A DNA stretch of 64,000 nt from Podospora anserina. Taxonomy: Eukaryota. This document shows, piece by piece, positions 1 to 13,081 of the stretch (position 1 is its first letter; each line of letters begins with the position of its first letter). The stretch is taken from contig CM030333.1 of assembly GCA_017654855.1 (NCBI GenBank), positions 4,402,001-4,466,000 of the forward strand, given 5' to 3'. Both the position numbers and the translations under genes were made by a program. The notes beneath the pieces are model-generated. The model was not told the DNA's origin. It saw nothing but the letters and a program-made list of their open reading frames with translations, and did not search any database.

Positions 1-1806
1 GGTAATAGGGGGGGCTATGGACAGAAGAGGTGGTGAGATGTCTGATCAGGGGAGTGGGGTATTAGACATGGCTTTTGGTGCCCAATCTGTACAGCCACTG
101 ATTGACAGAATGGGAAGAGTTTGAGAAAATATATCATGTTTTTTGGACTTTGGTAAACACCTGAAGCGTTTTTTTTTATTTGACCAGTATGTTGCCGTCT
201 TGGTGATCGGATACCTCTTTGGAAGGATACACACAAGGCCGGCAAGGTTAAGAAAACAACGTCATGGATGACGGCCGGACGAAAGTCTAGCCTGATAGCA
301 AGGGAATGACTATATATAATTCAAAAAGCAACTGGATGCTGGGAAAGGAAGGGTATTTTGTCGTTTGATTGCGAGGGATATACCTATGCGGCCTTTTGGC
401 GGCAGGATATAGAGTATGTCTTGTGGTGTGAGTCACTGTCACTGTATTGGCTGGAGGTATTAATTCTGGGTTTGGGGGGTGGGTGAGTGGGCTCTTGTGG
501 GTGGAAAATACGGCAGTGTGGAGCGTTGACCAAGTTGACGGGTTAATGTTTGATGTGGTTCACGTCATAAAACACATACACATTCTTCAGCAGCCCATGT
601 GACATTTCAATCACTTCGACTTCTTCTCCCTTGTACACCATCTAACTCATTGCCACTACCACTACCAACTACAGCTACGAATACAGCTACTTTTTTTCTT
701 TTTTTCTTACAGCACGTGAGCAGTGGGTGGGGAGCGGGAATCGTGAACGGTCTTCATCAGGGCAGGCAGGCCATACGTAGGTAGTCGTCAGGTTTCTCGT
801 CACCATTGCAAAAAAGAAGAAGCCATACCATCCATTCATTGTAGTAGGGCCCCCGCTATAGAAGGAAGAACGAGCAGGTCTTTGAATAATAGAAGAAACG
901 ACAAACAAAAGTAACCGAAAAAAAAAGATAAAGTAGAAGAAGAAGAAGCAAAAAAAAAAGAGTGAGACACATAGTCGTCCGGAGAAGAAGAATAGGAAAA
1001 GAAAGAAAAAAAGGGAAGAGAGGAAAATAACAACAATATTCGTCCAGAAGCTTCTCGGAAAGCAACCACACCCCCATTCTATTGCAACCCAAACCAATTT
1101 CCCCTTCCTCCCTCCGCTCTCCCCTCTTTTTCGCTTTTCCCTCTCTCCCTCCTCCAGCAGCCGTCCCCTCCCTTGACCAGCCAACAAACACTTGCCTCTG
1201 TGATTTCATCTGGTGTCCCAAGTAGTAAACCCGGCACACAAGACTTTTCTGTATCTGCAGTCCGGCCCACTCTTTCCGTCCCGGTGTACCTTGCCCATTG
1301 AAAGGCGGAGAAACGGAGCGGAAAAAGGCTGAATGATTCTTGAGGATCGATTATTGATTCGAGGCGCAATGGCCAATAGCCCTTTTTGTTGTAATTTTGC
1401 CCACCACTCCAACCACCCATCCAGCCACCCTGAGCCCACTGAAAGCCAACCACCAAAAGCAGCAAGATAATAGCATACTCCCTCGCGTAGACTGAAATGA
1501 AGTAACCCCGATGCTATGTACTTCGTCGAAATCTGAATTATTAACAACAAAATCATCAGCATTCATGCCCCGCCTGAGCGGTCGTTGAACCGACTGGGTG
1601 CCGCCGTCTAATAAGCTCCAGTATCATTTTCGTCAACAGACATTGCGAGGTATTGGTAAAGCCAAACGCAGGGCTCGCGGCATGAGCCAAGGGGGAAGAG
1701 TGGTCGTGTGAATTGGGATGGGATGGAGATGACGACTTTCAGGAAAGGATGACCGCCTGTTGCCGAAGAGACTGTAATTATTTATGCAGACCGATCGATC
1801 CAAAGA

Positions 1807-4026
1807 TCACCGCTGCCCCCTGCCAGAGCCCGCCGAGTTCTGTCTCTCGTGCGTGGGCCGACGGTCTCTCCGGTCACCGTCCTGGAGGTTGAGTGAATCC
1901 AGCCTCATCTGGTTGTCCTCGGTTGCGTCCACTTCGTTCAAAGCGGGCATTTGGGTTACGGCGGTCCGGGTTGGTGGGCCCCCAGCAGCCGAGCTCGTTC
2001 CATTGAGAGATTTCCGCCGGTTGGCTTGCTCTGCGATGGCAGCCCACTTTCTCTCGCGAAGAGCTTCCCTCGCGGATGCGCTGTTCTGCTGCTCTGTGTA
2101 TTCATGCGAGCAGTCGTCAAACAGCTGGGGGTTGATCTCCATAAACAGCTTCATAGCATTGTACACCATGCCATGGATCGTCCTGCCAAAAGTTAATCCC
2201 ATGCACGCGGCTGGGTCGGAAGACAAGTTACATACCTATTCCAATGGCCCTTGGAGTTCTCATACAGAGGGGCAAACATGATAGGGAGAATGATCTCAAC
2301 ATTGTCGCTGACCAAGTTGCAGAAGTACTCGTTGTTCCAGAAGTAAAGAGCCCTTTCAGCGACCTGGAAGTGGGGGCTGGCAACCGATTTGGCGAGCTGA
2401 TGGAAGAGAGGCTCCTGAACCTTGGCGAACTCGGCTGGGTCCATGACCTCGAAAATGTCTTCAACCTCATTGAGGAACATAACCTCTTTGGTACTGTTGA
2501 CTTTGGGCCAGTAACGCAACAAACCGAGAACCACCTCTTCTGTCAGGGAAGCATCCTTCTCGAGGAACTGAACAATGCAGTACGCAAGTTGAGGGTGGTA
2601 CATGCTCAGGCTCTTGACTTTGTGGAGGGGAATCAGCACCCTGGTAAGGAACAGCTTGTGCTCCTCCTTCAGGGGCAGAGCAAAGCCGTTGATGATGGAA
2701 CCGAGAATTTCCAACAACTCCGCGATGCCGTTAAAGCGCTCCGTCTCGTAGGTGAATTGGAAAAACACATTGTTGATCGAGCGGCGAATAAAGGATCGGA
2801 GGTTGAGGAATTTGCCGTAGATACGGTGGAGGGTGGTCTTCAAAAAGTCGCGCTCCCTAGGGTCCTCAGAATCAAACAACTCGAGAAGTTGGAGCACAAA
2901 GCTGTGATCAATGTATGCCTTGGCGATGTTTGTGTTGAAATCCTGGCTCTCAATGAACCGGAGAAAGAACTCGTACACGACCTGAATATGCGGCCAGGCA
3001 ACCTCCAACACAGGCTCGTCCTCTTCGGGATCGAAGGCCTCGCCCTGAGGGTTCATGGGAGGCGGGATGGGGCGGAACAGGTTTTTGGCAAACATGCCAA
3101 CCACGACTGGATACATGGGTTCTGTGATAACCTGACGGTTGTTGGCCACATAATCCAAAAGCTCATGAAGCGCCAGCCTCTTGATCTCCTTGGACTTCAT
3201 GTCGGCACTGGCATCGTTGAAATCGAAGATGACGTTGCATTGATCAATCTTCTTCATGAACAGATCCTCGCGGCGTCCAGGGGGGACCTCGTGAAAGCCG
3301 GGGAGCTTCTCGAGCTCGCGATGAGCAGAGATGTCAAATCGTGACGAATGTTGCCGTCTCGGCGTCTTGGGGCCCTCGAGGACATCCTTGGGGGTTTGAT
3401 GCAGTCGGTCAAACATCAGGGACTTTTGGCCGGCTTTCGGAGGGGCGAGGTCGTGGGGCATGGTTTCGGCGGCACCAGGCGGGGGGACGTGCTACAAGGA
3501 AGATGTACGTCAGTGTCAAGGTTCACAGAGCATTGGCGCGAGCAGCGATTCTCACCGGAGCACTTGGGCTGATGATGACGGTAGGCGGGAGAGTGCCGTG
3601 TCTAACGGGTGTGCTGCCTCCATTTGCCCCCGCTGTCTGACCTCCCAGGCTACCAAAACGATCCGGGCCACCGGCGTTCTGTCCGGCGCCAACCTGAGCG
3701 TTCAGGGTGGCATTTCCATGATCATCATGAACAGCGCTGTTGGGCGGCAGAGGCTTGTTCAAAGTCGATGTAGAACTGGACGGGGTCAGATTTGGCGACT
3801 GGTTGGCGTCCTTGGAGTTCGGCGAAGCCGTTCCGTCCTTCGAATCCTTATTCTTCTTGGAGGACTTGCTTGAGTCCCTGTCCCGACCTCGTGAGAGCTA
3901 AACACCCACTGAGATTAGCAGCCGAATCGAGACACATTCATCCAAAGAGCAGATGGCGCAGAGAATGCACAATGTGATGAATGTTGAAGATGGGATACCT
4001 ACGACTCTCTGGCTGAAACGCTTCAT
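1807..4026 (-). CDS. rts1: Protein phosphatase 2A regulatory subunit B' (B56/Rts1/Par1 family), 4 exons, ~665 aa
   Basis: B56 motifs in ORF 2193..3461 ([66 protein letters not shown]). Exons 4026-4003, 3897-3556, 3491-2236 and 2182-1807 have GT-AG introns and keep frame (1998 nt). Confidence 0.95.
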
Positions 4027-4411
4027 CTTGGTGGACAACAGCTTCTCGTCTGTGGGGCGGTTAGAGGCGCCCAACTCGACCCTACTGCTGGGAACAGAGC
4101 ACGTCGTTCAGCGGTATGCTCGGGTAGGCAGGAAGGCAAGGGTCAGGCTATCCCGTGCAACGCGGTTGTTCTGGTGATCGAATGTTCCGACGAGTCCCGG
4201 GTTGTGCATTCACGCAATCGACACCGACAGACAGGTATGTGGTCGCTTCAGAGCGCGCCGGGGGTTCGTCGTGTTGCTGCCGGATGATCAAGACGGCGGG
4301 TCGGGGCACAGCTCTGCCAATGGCGGGGCTTGAGCGGCGCAGTCGAGGAAGAAGCTGAGTTGTCGGGATCGGGGTGCGGGTGCGGTGCTGGGTGCAGCGT
4401 GCGTTGCGTGG

Positions 4412-4439
4412 TGGTGCTTGGTGCTTGGTGCTTGGTGCT
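4412..4439. repeat. (TGGTGCT)x4 heptamer tandem repeat in the PP2A upstream/5' leader region
   Basis: gtggtgcttggtgcttggtgcttggtgctt read directly from the sequence. Confidence 0.85.
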
Positions 4440-5621
4440 TGCCAGCACGGACAAGGCAGGGCGATTGAGGAGAGCGGGTCCTACCCCAAGGGCAGCAGAT
4501 GACAGACGGAGGACGGAACAGCTGCCAGAGCGACAATCGCAGCGGCAAGTTGGAGGATATAAGATGGGCTGCTGGAGAGATGTCGTCGCGATCTCAAGCT
4601 CGACTAGTGAATGCTCAAGTTGGGCCCGCACCTGTGATGTTTGATTTGAATGCGATCCGAAGCTGGGGTAGTTTGGGAAATGGATGCTTGGGCTGGGCGT
4701 TCCAGGTGATAGGTGGTTTTGCGGGGCTGTTGGAGGGTTGAACGTGATGTTTTGGATTTGGCGTGTCTGGGTTAAGTAAGGCGTATCACGCATTCACCTG
4801 CATACATGAGGCTTGCCCAGATGATGAATCAATTTCCTAGGATCTCGGGCCCGTCATAGGTGACGCTTTACGGGATAGTGGAATCCCGAAGTTCCAGCTG
4901 GTCAAGTTGAGACAACGGATTGGCACCTGGAGATGGGACCAAGGGGGAGACACGGGGAGTCGGACGTGCTGGAAATTAACCACCAGGTCCGCACTGAACG
5001 TGACACGAGGCTGAGCATAGGCTCACAGTCGATGTCCAGGTATCTTCCCATAACCGCAACGCTACTTCTCGATTGGCTATCTATCTGCCTATATGCCCAT
5101 CTACTACTTTGCGGTCATGATGCCCTCCAGGGCTGAAACTTTACAAAGTTGAACGCAATAGCTCCTCGAATTAAGAGCATGTTCACCTAACTTATAGATC
5201 TAGGTAACATATGTTGTAGAAGTGGGGCTACTGCTATTGTCATCCCTGCTCGTAGCCAACCCTAACAGAAGCTCAACCTTACCTCGTCATTTTTCGTAAA
5301 CAACACTCGATCACAATACCAACCAAACAAACCACTTTCCTCGAGAAAATTGCTTTTGGAGCTACAAGGAGAATACACGACGATCAATAACGGAGAGTTG
5401 ATCCCCATCGTAAGGTTGCGCCACCAGCCTAACCGTTGAGCTTCGCTCTAGCTTCGACTTGCATTCAACAAGGCCGAAACAAAGCCCAATCCCCACAGCC
5501 AACCCTGCCGCTCGAACCCTGTTTGACACTAGCTTCTCACTCACGAACTCTTTTACACCCATTTTTGCGCCTCGATCTTTCACATCACGATCGAGATTCA
5601 ACCATAATCGCGCGATTCATC

Positions 5622-8080
5622 ATGGATCCAGAAACCCAGAAAGATGAAGAGCAGGCGCCCATATACACCATTCCTTCAAGGCGACTCGGTGCTCTTGAGC
5701 ACCCAATGATCATCAAAAATCTCGACAAAGGCATCAAGACCTTGGGTCAGAACAATGCTTTCCAAGCCGTAAGTTGCATCACATGAAGGTTCACAATCTA
5801 ATACTTACAATCTCTCAGATTCTCGACTCGGCCAGTCCCCAAATCTCTGTGCCTCTCTACCTCAGACCAGATAATCCCACCGCCCGCCCTCTCACCTCCC
5901 ACAACGCCCTCACCCACAATGTCGTCCTCAAGGTCACAGTCCCCAAGCGAACAGGTCGCAAGCGCAAAAGAGGAACCGACGATCCCTGGGAAGGTGAAGT
6001 CCTCCCTCCATCCGACTCGTCAGAGGTCCTCTCCCGCGATCAACTGGACCACCCAGCCATCATCCGCCGCAAACTGCAAGATAATCCCACGACCTACACC
6101 GTCACCCCAGTCGGCATAATCAACAACACCCACCGCTATCGCGGCCTCGCCGACTTTCAGTACTCCCTCTCTCACTCCAAGTTCATGAACAAGTTCGTCT
6201 CCAACGTCTTGCCGGGTGACATCAACAAACTCAAGAACTTCTCTTTGGCTCCCGGGATTGAAACAGGCAAAGACATCGATTTGATCCCACCCCCTTATTT
6301 CACCCCAATGTCGCTGCCTTTTAGTTATGGGTACAACCAAAACCCCCACACAAAGGAACTCGCCTCTGGTGGCTCAAAACTCGTCCCAGACGGGGTAGAC
6401 GACAACTCTGACGAGGACGATGAATACGCCCGTGTGGTCAACGTCACAGCCCGCGGCCCAGCAGCGGGTTACTTCATCGCCCAGGATGAATACCCTGTGC
6501 CCACGGCACCCAAAAAACAACCCGACATGACGGACCCCCAAATCGCCGCGATTATCAATGAAATGCGTGCTGCCATGGAGGAGAGACCAATCTGGACACG
6601 CAGGTCGATGTGGAATCGGCTTGGTGCCAAGTTCGCGGAACTACCCAAGAATGGCGGGCTGGTGAGGCATTGTCTGCAGTTTGCGGGGTATCAGTTCAAG
6701 GGGGGCCCGTGGAGGGATGCGTTGGTGAAGTACGGCTTGGATCCGAGATCTGACCCCAAGTATAGGGTGTATCAGACTTTGATATTCAAGCTGCACAAGA
6801 CGAGAATTGGGAGCGTGGGACGGAGCTGGCAGGCGGTGAGGAGGAATGAGATTTCGGTGACGAATTTTGGGAGGTACTGGAGGGAGTTGGGGGTGGGCAA
6901 TGGGGCTCCGAGGATGGGTGGGAGGGTGGATGAGGCGTTGTTGAGGACGCATGTGTTTGACGGGGAGAGTTTCAGCACGGATGGGAAGGTGTGGCAGGTG
7001 ATTGATATTACTGACCCGCTGCTGAAGAGTTTGTTTGAGGGGGCCGAGGTGAGGCAGGTTTGTGATAATGAGGTTAGTGGCTTCTATCACCGGGTTTTGT
7101 GGTCGGTGGCGAAGGCGATTATGAAGACGAAGATGTTGGCGGTGAGGTTCAACCGGGAGTTGAGGGATGAGGACTTTTCGGCGGCGTTGGAGGCGGTTAG
7201 GGGCCCTGAAAACGGCGGCGATGGGGGTGGGGGTAGGAGTATTGGGATCAGTTTGCCGGATTTGAACCTGAGCCCGGAGGAGTGTGAGCAGTTGAGGGGG
7301 CACAAGATGAGGCCGGGGGTGAAGCAGGGGACGAAGAGGGATCGGTGGGCGGAGAAGAAGAAGAAGACGCATTATCGGGTGAGGATCCCGTTGAAGGATG
7401 TGGAGGAGAAGGAGGCGAGGAAGATGATTTGGTTGTTGACTAGGCATGAGAAGAAGTCGGAGGACGAAGGGGGGGTTATTGACCCCGCTTTGGCTGGGGT
7501 TGGGGTCGAGGTTGTGGGGGGTAAGGAGAGTTCTGCTTCCACGGCTGACAAGGAAGTACAGAAAGTTGCAGAGAAACCAGACGGTGTTATGCCGAGCATC
7601 GAGGGCGCTGGCGAAGAGGAAGAAGATGATGATGAAGGCGGTGTACTCCAAGACATCCTCGACGACATGGAAGAAGACGAGGAAGGCAGTAGCACCAGTG
7701 ACAGTGAAGAGGAAGAAAACGAAGGCGAAGAAGAAGAAGAGAGTCTTGACTCGGAGGAAGACTTGGAAGAGGATGAAGAAGAAGACGAGGAAGAAGAGGA
7801 CGAGGAATTCGACAGCCAACAGGTGGGTCAGAACCGCGGTATGGCTATACCCACCAGCAAAAAGACTGTCACTTTTGAAGACGGACTTGGTGTGGTACAA
7901 GAGGAATTTGACTATGATGAGATGGAGGAAGAGGGTGATTACGATGAAGAGGAGGAGGGCTACGGGGATGGCGAAGAGTTCGGGGGTTATGATGAGGATG
8001 AGGAAGGGTACTATGATGATGACGAAGATGGGTATCCAGAGGAGGAGTACTATGATGAGGGTGGGGTTGGATCGTGCTGA
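5622..8080 (+). CDS. tfc1: RNA polymerase III transcription factor IIIC subunit (tau95/Tfc1/Sfc1 family) with long acidic C-terminal tail
   Basis: Exon 1 5622-5768 (MDPETQ...EHPMIIKNLDKGIKTLG), intron 5769-5818 (GTAAGT...CTAAT...CAG), exon 2 5819-8080. Family motifs THRYRGLADFQY, ERPIWTRR and FKGGPWRDALVKYGLDPR. Confidence 0.9.
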
Positions 8081-9082
8081 TGAACCGCAGCACTGAGCCG
8101 GTGGTCTACATGAGACAGCGCGTCATAATCTGCCAAAGGGTTTGCCATGTAGCGCATTGCTGGATGCAGTGTATATATCACAGCACAACTCATGTATATG
8201 TACCTTGTAATGAAGCATACATATCATTATGACCCAACTGACAACTCTGTCCATGATGGCCTAAAAAGAAGCAAAAGAAGACCACCCCTCCTGGGAGGAG
8301 GACCCAGCGCAACGGAATGAGAATCCACTATGTTAACCGATACACCAGAGGGGTCTGCTCTTCGGTCTGATATTGCTTGCCTGTTTGATGGAAGCTGCTG
8401 GCGGAAGACTATATCGTATTGGGCAGTGAGGTGGGCAGGCGGGTGGTGGCAGGAAGAAGTGCTTGTCTTGAGAAGGGACGTGGCGGTAGAGTCATCATGC
8501 CGCGTGACGTTGGGTGGGAGGAACTAGGAAAGGAAGGAAGGGGCGGGGAGAAGGCAGGAGGCAGGCGGGTTCTTGCCTCGCGGTTGTTAGGCAGGCAGGA
8601 ACAACGATGTGGACGGTCCCGTCTTTCCATATGGCAGGGTCAAGAGTTCTCGCGGCAAACATCCCATTGAAAAACAGATGTAGCTCTTTGAAATGGCCTG
8701 TTTATACATTGTAGTTTACATGTGTGGATCCTATACATTTAAAATTATATGTTCATACCACCCCCTGATTTCACACACAAGGGTAATCCAACTCCTCACA
8801 AGTAGAGTAATAGCTGAACCCCCCCCCACCCCCCCCCAGTTCCATGGATGAGCATTCCACCACGGGTACCACACCCGCGAGTCCATCGCCGAATCCCCCC
8901 AGTGCGGCCCAGAGGCAGCTGAGATGCCAGACTGAACCCGAGTGTATGGGCTGACTAAAGGGGTTGGACAGTCCCCGGTAACCAAACGGCTGATCGTTGA
9001 TGTGGGCCGGGCCTTTGATCTTGAGCTTTGTTGGTAAGAGGAAGAGGAGACCTGGGTTTGTACAGGATAGCTGCGCTTTGTG

Positions 9083-9103
9083 GTTGTTGTTGTTGTTGTT
9101 GTT
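9083..9103. repeat. (GTT)7 microsatellite
   Basis: Direct reading. Confidence 0.9.
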
Positions 9104-10718
9104 GGTCCAGGCACTGTTGCAGTCGAGAGCCCGGGGGACAGATAGGTAAGGTAATTTGTTCACTTGTAATTGCTGACAGGCCGAAAGAACAGCCAAATCG
9201 GTGGGTTAAGGCTGGTTGCTGGATACTTACATTGAAGCACTTGGGTGGGTTGTACTTTTGGGCCTCGTGAAGATGTTTCGTCAAGTTCGGTCGTAGAATA
9301 AGTGTAACTCCATTCTTCTCCACAGGCCATCGAATTTTCAAGCCAGCAACCATAGACACAGTTTCAGTGAGGCCTTCTGTGATCGAGGCCTCCGGGCTTC
9401 TTTGATGACGATTTGACCAGAGAACCGAACGTTGGACACCGCAAACCCATAGTCTTCACACGCAAGCACCTTGTTCGCACAGTAAGACTGAAGGGACTGC
9501 TTGAGCAATGGATACACAAGTGATCTTCCAGGTATAACCGAAATTATACTTCGCCGCTGGTGGAGGTGTGTAATAAGTGATTGTTATCATGTAGCAGTTA
9601 CTCGACAGGCACTTGATGGCATGACGGCTTTCGTAAAGGTCATTGGCCACGCAGGCAGCCCCGGCTGCATCACCGGCACCATCGTTGATATTGAGAGCTA
9701 ACTGTAGCTGGAAAGCGACCGTTTAGTTAGCGCACCAGAGGTCTTCATAGGAGGAGAGCAATCTCCAGGCGCACCTCTCTGTCGACGGCCGCCCAGTGAG
9801 GATGGGAGCTCCATCCCCCGTTCTCTGAACTTGTCCTCGAGAACTTCCTGCTCGGCGGTGTTGTCTGGGTCGGCAGAACCGCCCTGACAAATAAGAGGGG
9901 ATTGACATCGTCGGGTGGATCTTGGTCCTTCCAAGCGGTGACGGCGCCGTTGGCAACCTGGACCCACAGGAGTATTGAGCTGCTGCTTCATGTCACAAGT
10001 CCCGCCGACCCAAGAGACATCGAAGCACTGGATATCAACAGTGTGAAGTTTGCTCTATCGGGTAAGATTGCGAGCATGTAGCAGTGGAAATAGTGCTCTT
10101 CACGATAAAATCAGGAAAGAAGGAACCAGTTTGATGAAGGCTGGCCGCCGACGTGTGGGGGAAAGCGTTGATGCATCATGTTCAAGATAGACACGTTATG
10201 GTTTACCAGCTTTCTCTCTATCTCATCTCACCTTGAGCCATGCACATCGTCGAAATTACACCCAGGTATCAAGGGTTGCTTCTATAATCTCGCATTCTTC
10301 TTGGAGCCCCTCATTTGCATGACACCCTTTCAAACTTGATCAAATGTGAGTATGCCAGGAATCAGTCAGTCACAAGCTAGCAGTTCCCTGACTTGCACTA
10401 CATATGATCATTCGTGCCTTCGTCTGCTGTCGATTGCTGCCTGGCAATAAAGCAATTTACGATCATGGCAGGCGCCCGTGCGGGTTGTAGTTGCCATTTT
10501 TGACCAGAATTCCCCAGCTAACCAATGACTGCCAAAGCAAGCAGCTTGCGTGATGTGTGCGAGTGTAGGGAAGGAGCAAAGCGAGCCGAGGGCACCTCAA
10601 CTCTCCTGTGGTCAATGAGATCGGATTGAAGGTTGGCAGTTTCACATCTTGGGGCCAAAGCATCGCAACTCAGGCAAAAGACAGGAAAGAAGAATATCAT
10701 CGACCACCAATCATCAAG

Positions 10719-11177
10719 ATGTCCAAGCGCACAAAGAGTACGTATCACCCATCTTCCACCCGATAGGCCTTGCCAACACTTCACAGAAGTCGGGATTGCC
10801 GGCAAGTACGGTGTCCGATACGGCGCCTCACTCCGAAAGCAGCTCAAGTGCATTGAAACTACTCAACATGCCCGCTACCTCTGGTAACTCCTCCCTTGCT
10901 GCCTCTGTCTTCAGACATTTCTTCCTGACCATGTTGAAGCCCCTCCTGCGGCAAAAACGCAATCAAGCGGGTTTCCACCGGTATCTGGAAATGCAATGGG
11001 TGCAATAAGACTGTGACTGGAGGCGCCTACCTTCTCTCGTAAGTTGAGCTCTCACTTGGGCATGGAGAAACGGGCAGCCAGGACTTTGCTGATGAATCTG
11101 CTCAAAGGACACCTGCTGCAACAACGACTCGTTCAACGCTTCGTCGGCTCCGCGACCTCAAGGAAGGAAAGGTTTGA
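10719..11177 (+). CDS. rpl43: Divergent 60S ribosomal protein eL43 (L43/L37a) paralog, 4 exons, 94 aa
   Basis: Exons 10719-10737, 10787-10883, 10940-11038 and 11108-11177 (285 nt) splice to [94 protein letters not shown]. The CxxC...CxxC zinc ribbon is intact. Confidence 0.9.
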
Positions 11178-11786
11178 TATGTCAACCCCCATGATGGAAA
11201 GAACATGTGGTCGGATGCTTGATCATGGCCGTCTTGGAGATGATTTTGTTTTGACCCTCGGCACCGGGTTCCATGTCAGGTAGTGCACTGACTTCACATG
11301 AATGGAAGAATATTGCGAGAACTGTGCCAGCCGGAGCCAGTCGATGTATGGTTCACGGTCCAGACATAACTGCAATGTCCTTGATCATCGAGCTATCCTC
11401 GGTTTGGCATGCGCGTGAAAAGGAACTTTGGTGTAACCTCTTGAACGTGCATACAGCTGCAGGTATTTTGCTCAGCCTGATTCTGCGTGCCAACCGCTAA
11501 TGCATGGCCTTATACGAGCCATTTGAATTGGTTTGTTTGCTCTGATATCCGAAATCTTGCATGAATCACAGCACAATCGGGATGGCGATGGTTGAGTCCC
11601 GCCAAGCGCCCATTGACACACAAGAAAGCCTGTTGGCTTCCCTTGGGGCTGGGGATAACAACGTTTTCACAAGATCCCGCCTGATGTTGGATATGATCTG
11701 AGTCACGGTGGAGTTTTCGTCAGATCGCAGCTTTCAAGCCTGTGCCAAGTTGCAAGAACGGGAGCTGCCGATGCAGGAGATCTGTA

Positions 11787-13081
11787 CTGTGGTTACGTAC
11801 AAAAGTTTTGCCCCCTTGTCAAGTACCGCCCAGGGCCTTGTTTTTTTGGCTAGGCCAACTTCGGCCAAAATTCTACCGCAATTTCCTCCAGACCAGTATT
11901 TTCCACCTTTCAACACCACTTAGCCAGCCAGCCAGCACCACAATGGCTCCCAATCGCCACCTTACTACTGAAGAGCGTCAACGAATTCGTACCCTTTATT
12001 TCGACGGCCACCTTAGCCAACCCCGAATTCAAGAAACCACTGGTTATACGAAATACCAAATCCGCCATGCGATACGAGCCCCGGCGGCCGAGGTCGCCCC
12101 ACGATCTGGCCGACCACGCGTTATTACGGCCGATCAAGAGCTCGAGCTTATTCGGTATGTGTGTGAATCAAAGGCACACCGTCGGATGAGCTTCCTGGAG
12201 CTTTCTATTGCCCTTTTCAACTCCCTTCTTAACTGGATTACGATTCGCAACGCCCTTTACCGCCACGGATTTCGCCGTCGAGTTGCTCGGAAGAAGCCTC
12301 CTATTTCAGAAGCCAACCAGCAAAAGCGACTGGCCTGGGCTATAGAACATAAAGACTGGACTCTCGAACAATGGCGTACAATCCTTTGGAGTGACGAAAC
12401 CTGGGTAGTTGGTGGTCCTCACCGTAAGCAGTATGTTACACGCCGAATCGACGAGGAATGGGACCCTACTTGTATCGTTGAAAAGCACCAGAGAAAAGGA
12501 GGGTGGATGTTCTGGGGCTGCTTTTACGGCTCAACTAAAGGCCCTGGTATCTTCTGGGAAAAGGAATGGGGATCGATCAATGAGTATTCTTACCGAAAGA
12601 ATATCCTTCCTAACGTCCACGAATTTATTAACGATACCTTCGAGCAACACCATTTACAGCTTTCTTTTTATGCAGGACGGCGCACCTGGCCATCGAGCGG
12701 CCGGTACGAAGAAGGATCTTGAGAATAGGAAGATTAGAGTAGTTGATTGGCCTCCTTTTTCCCCAGATTTAAACCCTATTGAATCCTGTTGGAATTGGAT
12801 GAAGGATTATATTGAGGATAAATACGGCCTTGAGGAGAAGCCGTCGTACGCGAAGTTGAAGAGGTACGTGGAGGAGGCCTGGCAAGAGCTTCCGGAATCT
12901 TACCTTCAAACGCTGTTGGATTCGATGCCCAGTCGGTGTGAGGCAGTAATTGCAGCGAATGGTATGCATACAAAATACTAGCTATAGATATGGTGATTAT
13001 TTTGTAGAATACAATCGTCAGGGTGGACCTTGACTAGCGCGAGTACTTGACAAGAAGGCAAAACTTACCCCTGCACCACAG
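11787..13081 (+). mobile_element. Tc1/mariner-superfamily (DD34E, Tc1-like) DNA transposon, 1295 bp, TA target-site duplication
   Basis: TA at 11785-86 and 13082-83. Imperfect ~40-bp TIRs: left CTGTGGT-TACGTACAA-AAGTTTTGCC-CC-CTTGTCAAGTAC; right (reverse complement) CTGTGGT-GCAGGGGT-AAGTTTTGCC-TT-CTTGTCAAGTAC. Internal transposase. Confidence 0.93.
11943..12981 (+). pseudogene. Tc1-like transposase with one +1 frameshift near 12661-12669
   Basis: MAPNRHLT...RSGRPR (HTH/GRPR), WSDETW (first D). QDGAPGH...SPDLNPIE (D34E) follows in the +1 frame. One extra T in CAGCTTTCTTTTTATGCAG joins ORFs 11742..12722 and 12409..12981. Confidence 0.88.

Noticed and set aside
687-1562. Phe/Leu-rich - strand ORFs that look like membrane proteins
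   Set aside because: Translation of T-rich low-complexity sequence downstream of the PP2A gene (probable 3' UTR/intergenic).
2244-3344. 366-aa + strand ORF
   Set aside because: Antisense shadow of the codon-biased PP2A B56 exon; no recognisable motifs.
6641-7900. 419-aa - strand ORF
   Set aside because: Antisense to tfc1; its low complexity mirrors the G-rich/acidic sense strand.
12584-12675. Intron explanation for the transposase frameshift (polypyrimidine + CAG at 12661-12675)
   Set aside because: No good donor, and splicing would delete conserved Tc1 sequence (Y..IL and the FMQD lead-in to the catalytic Asp).
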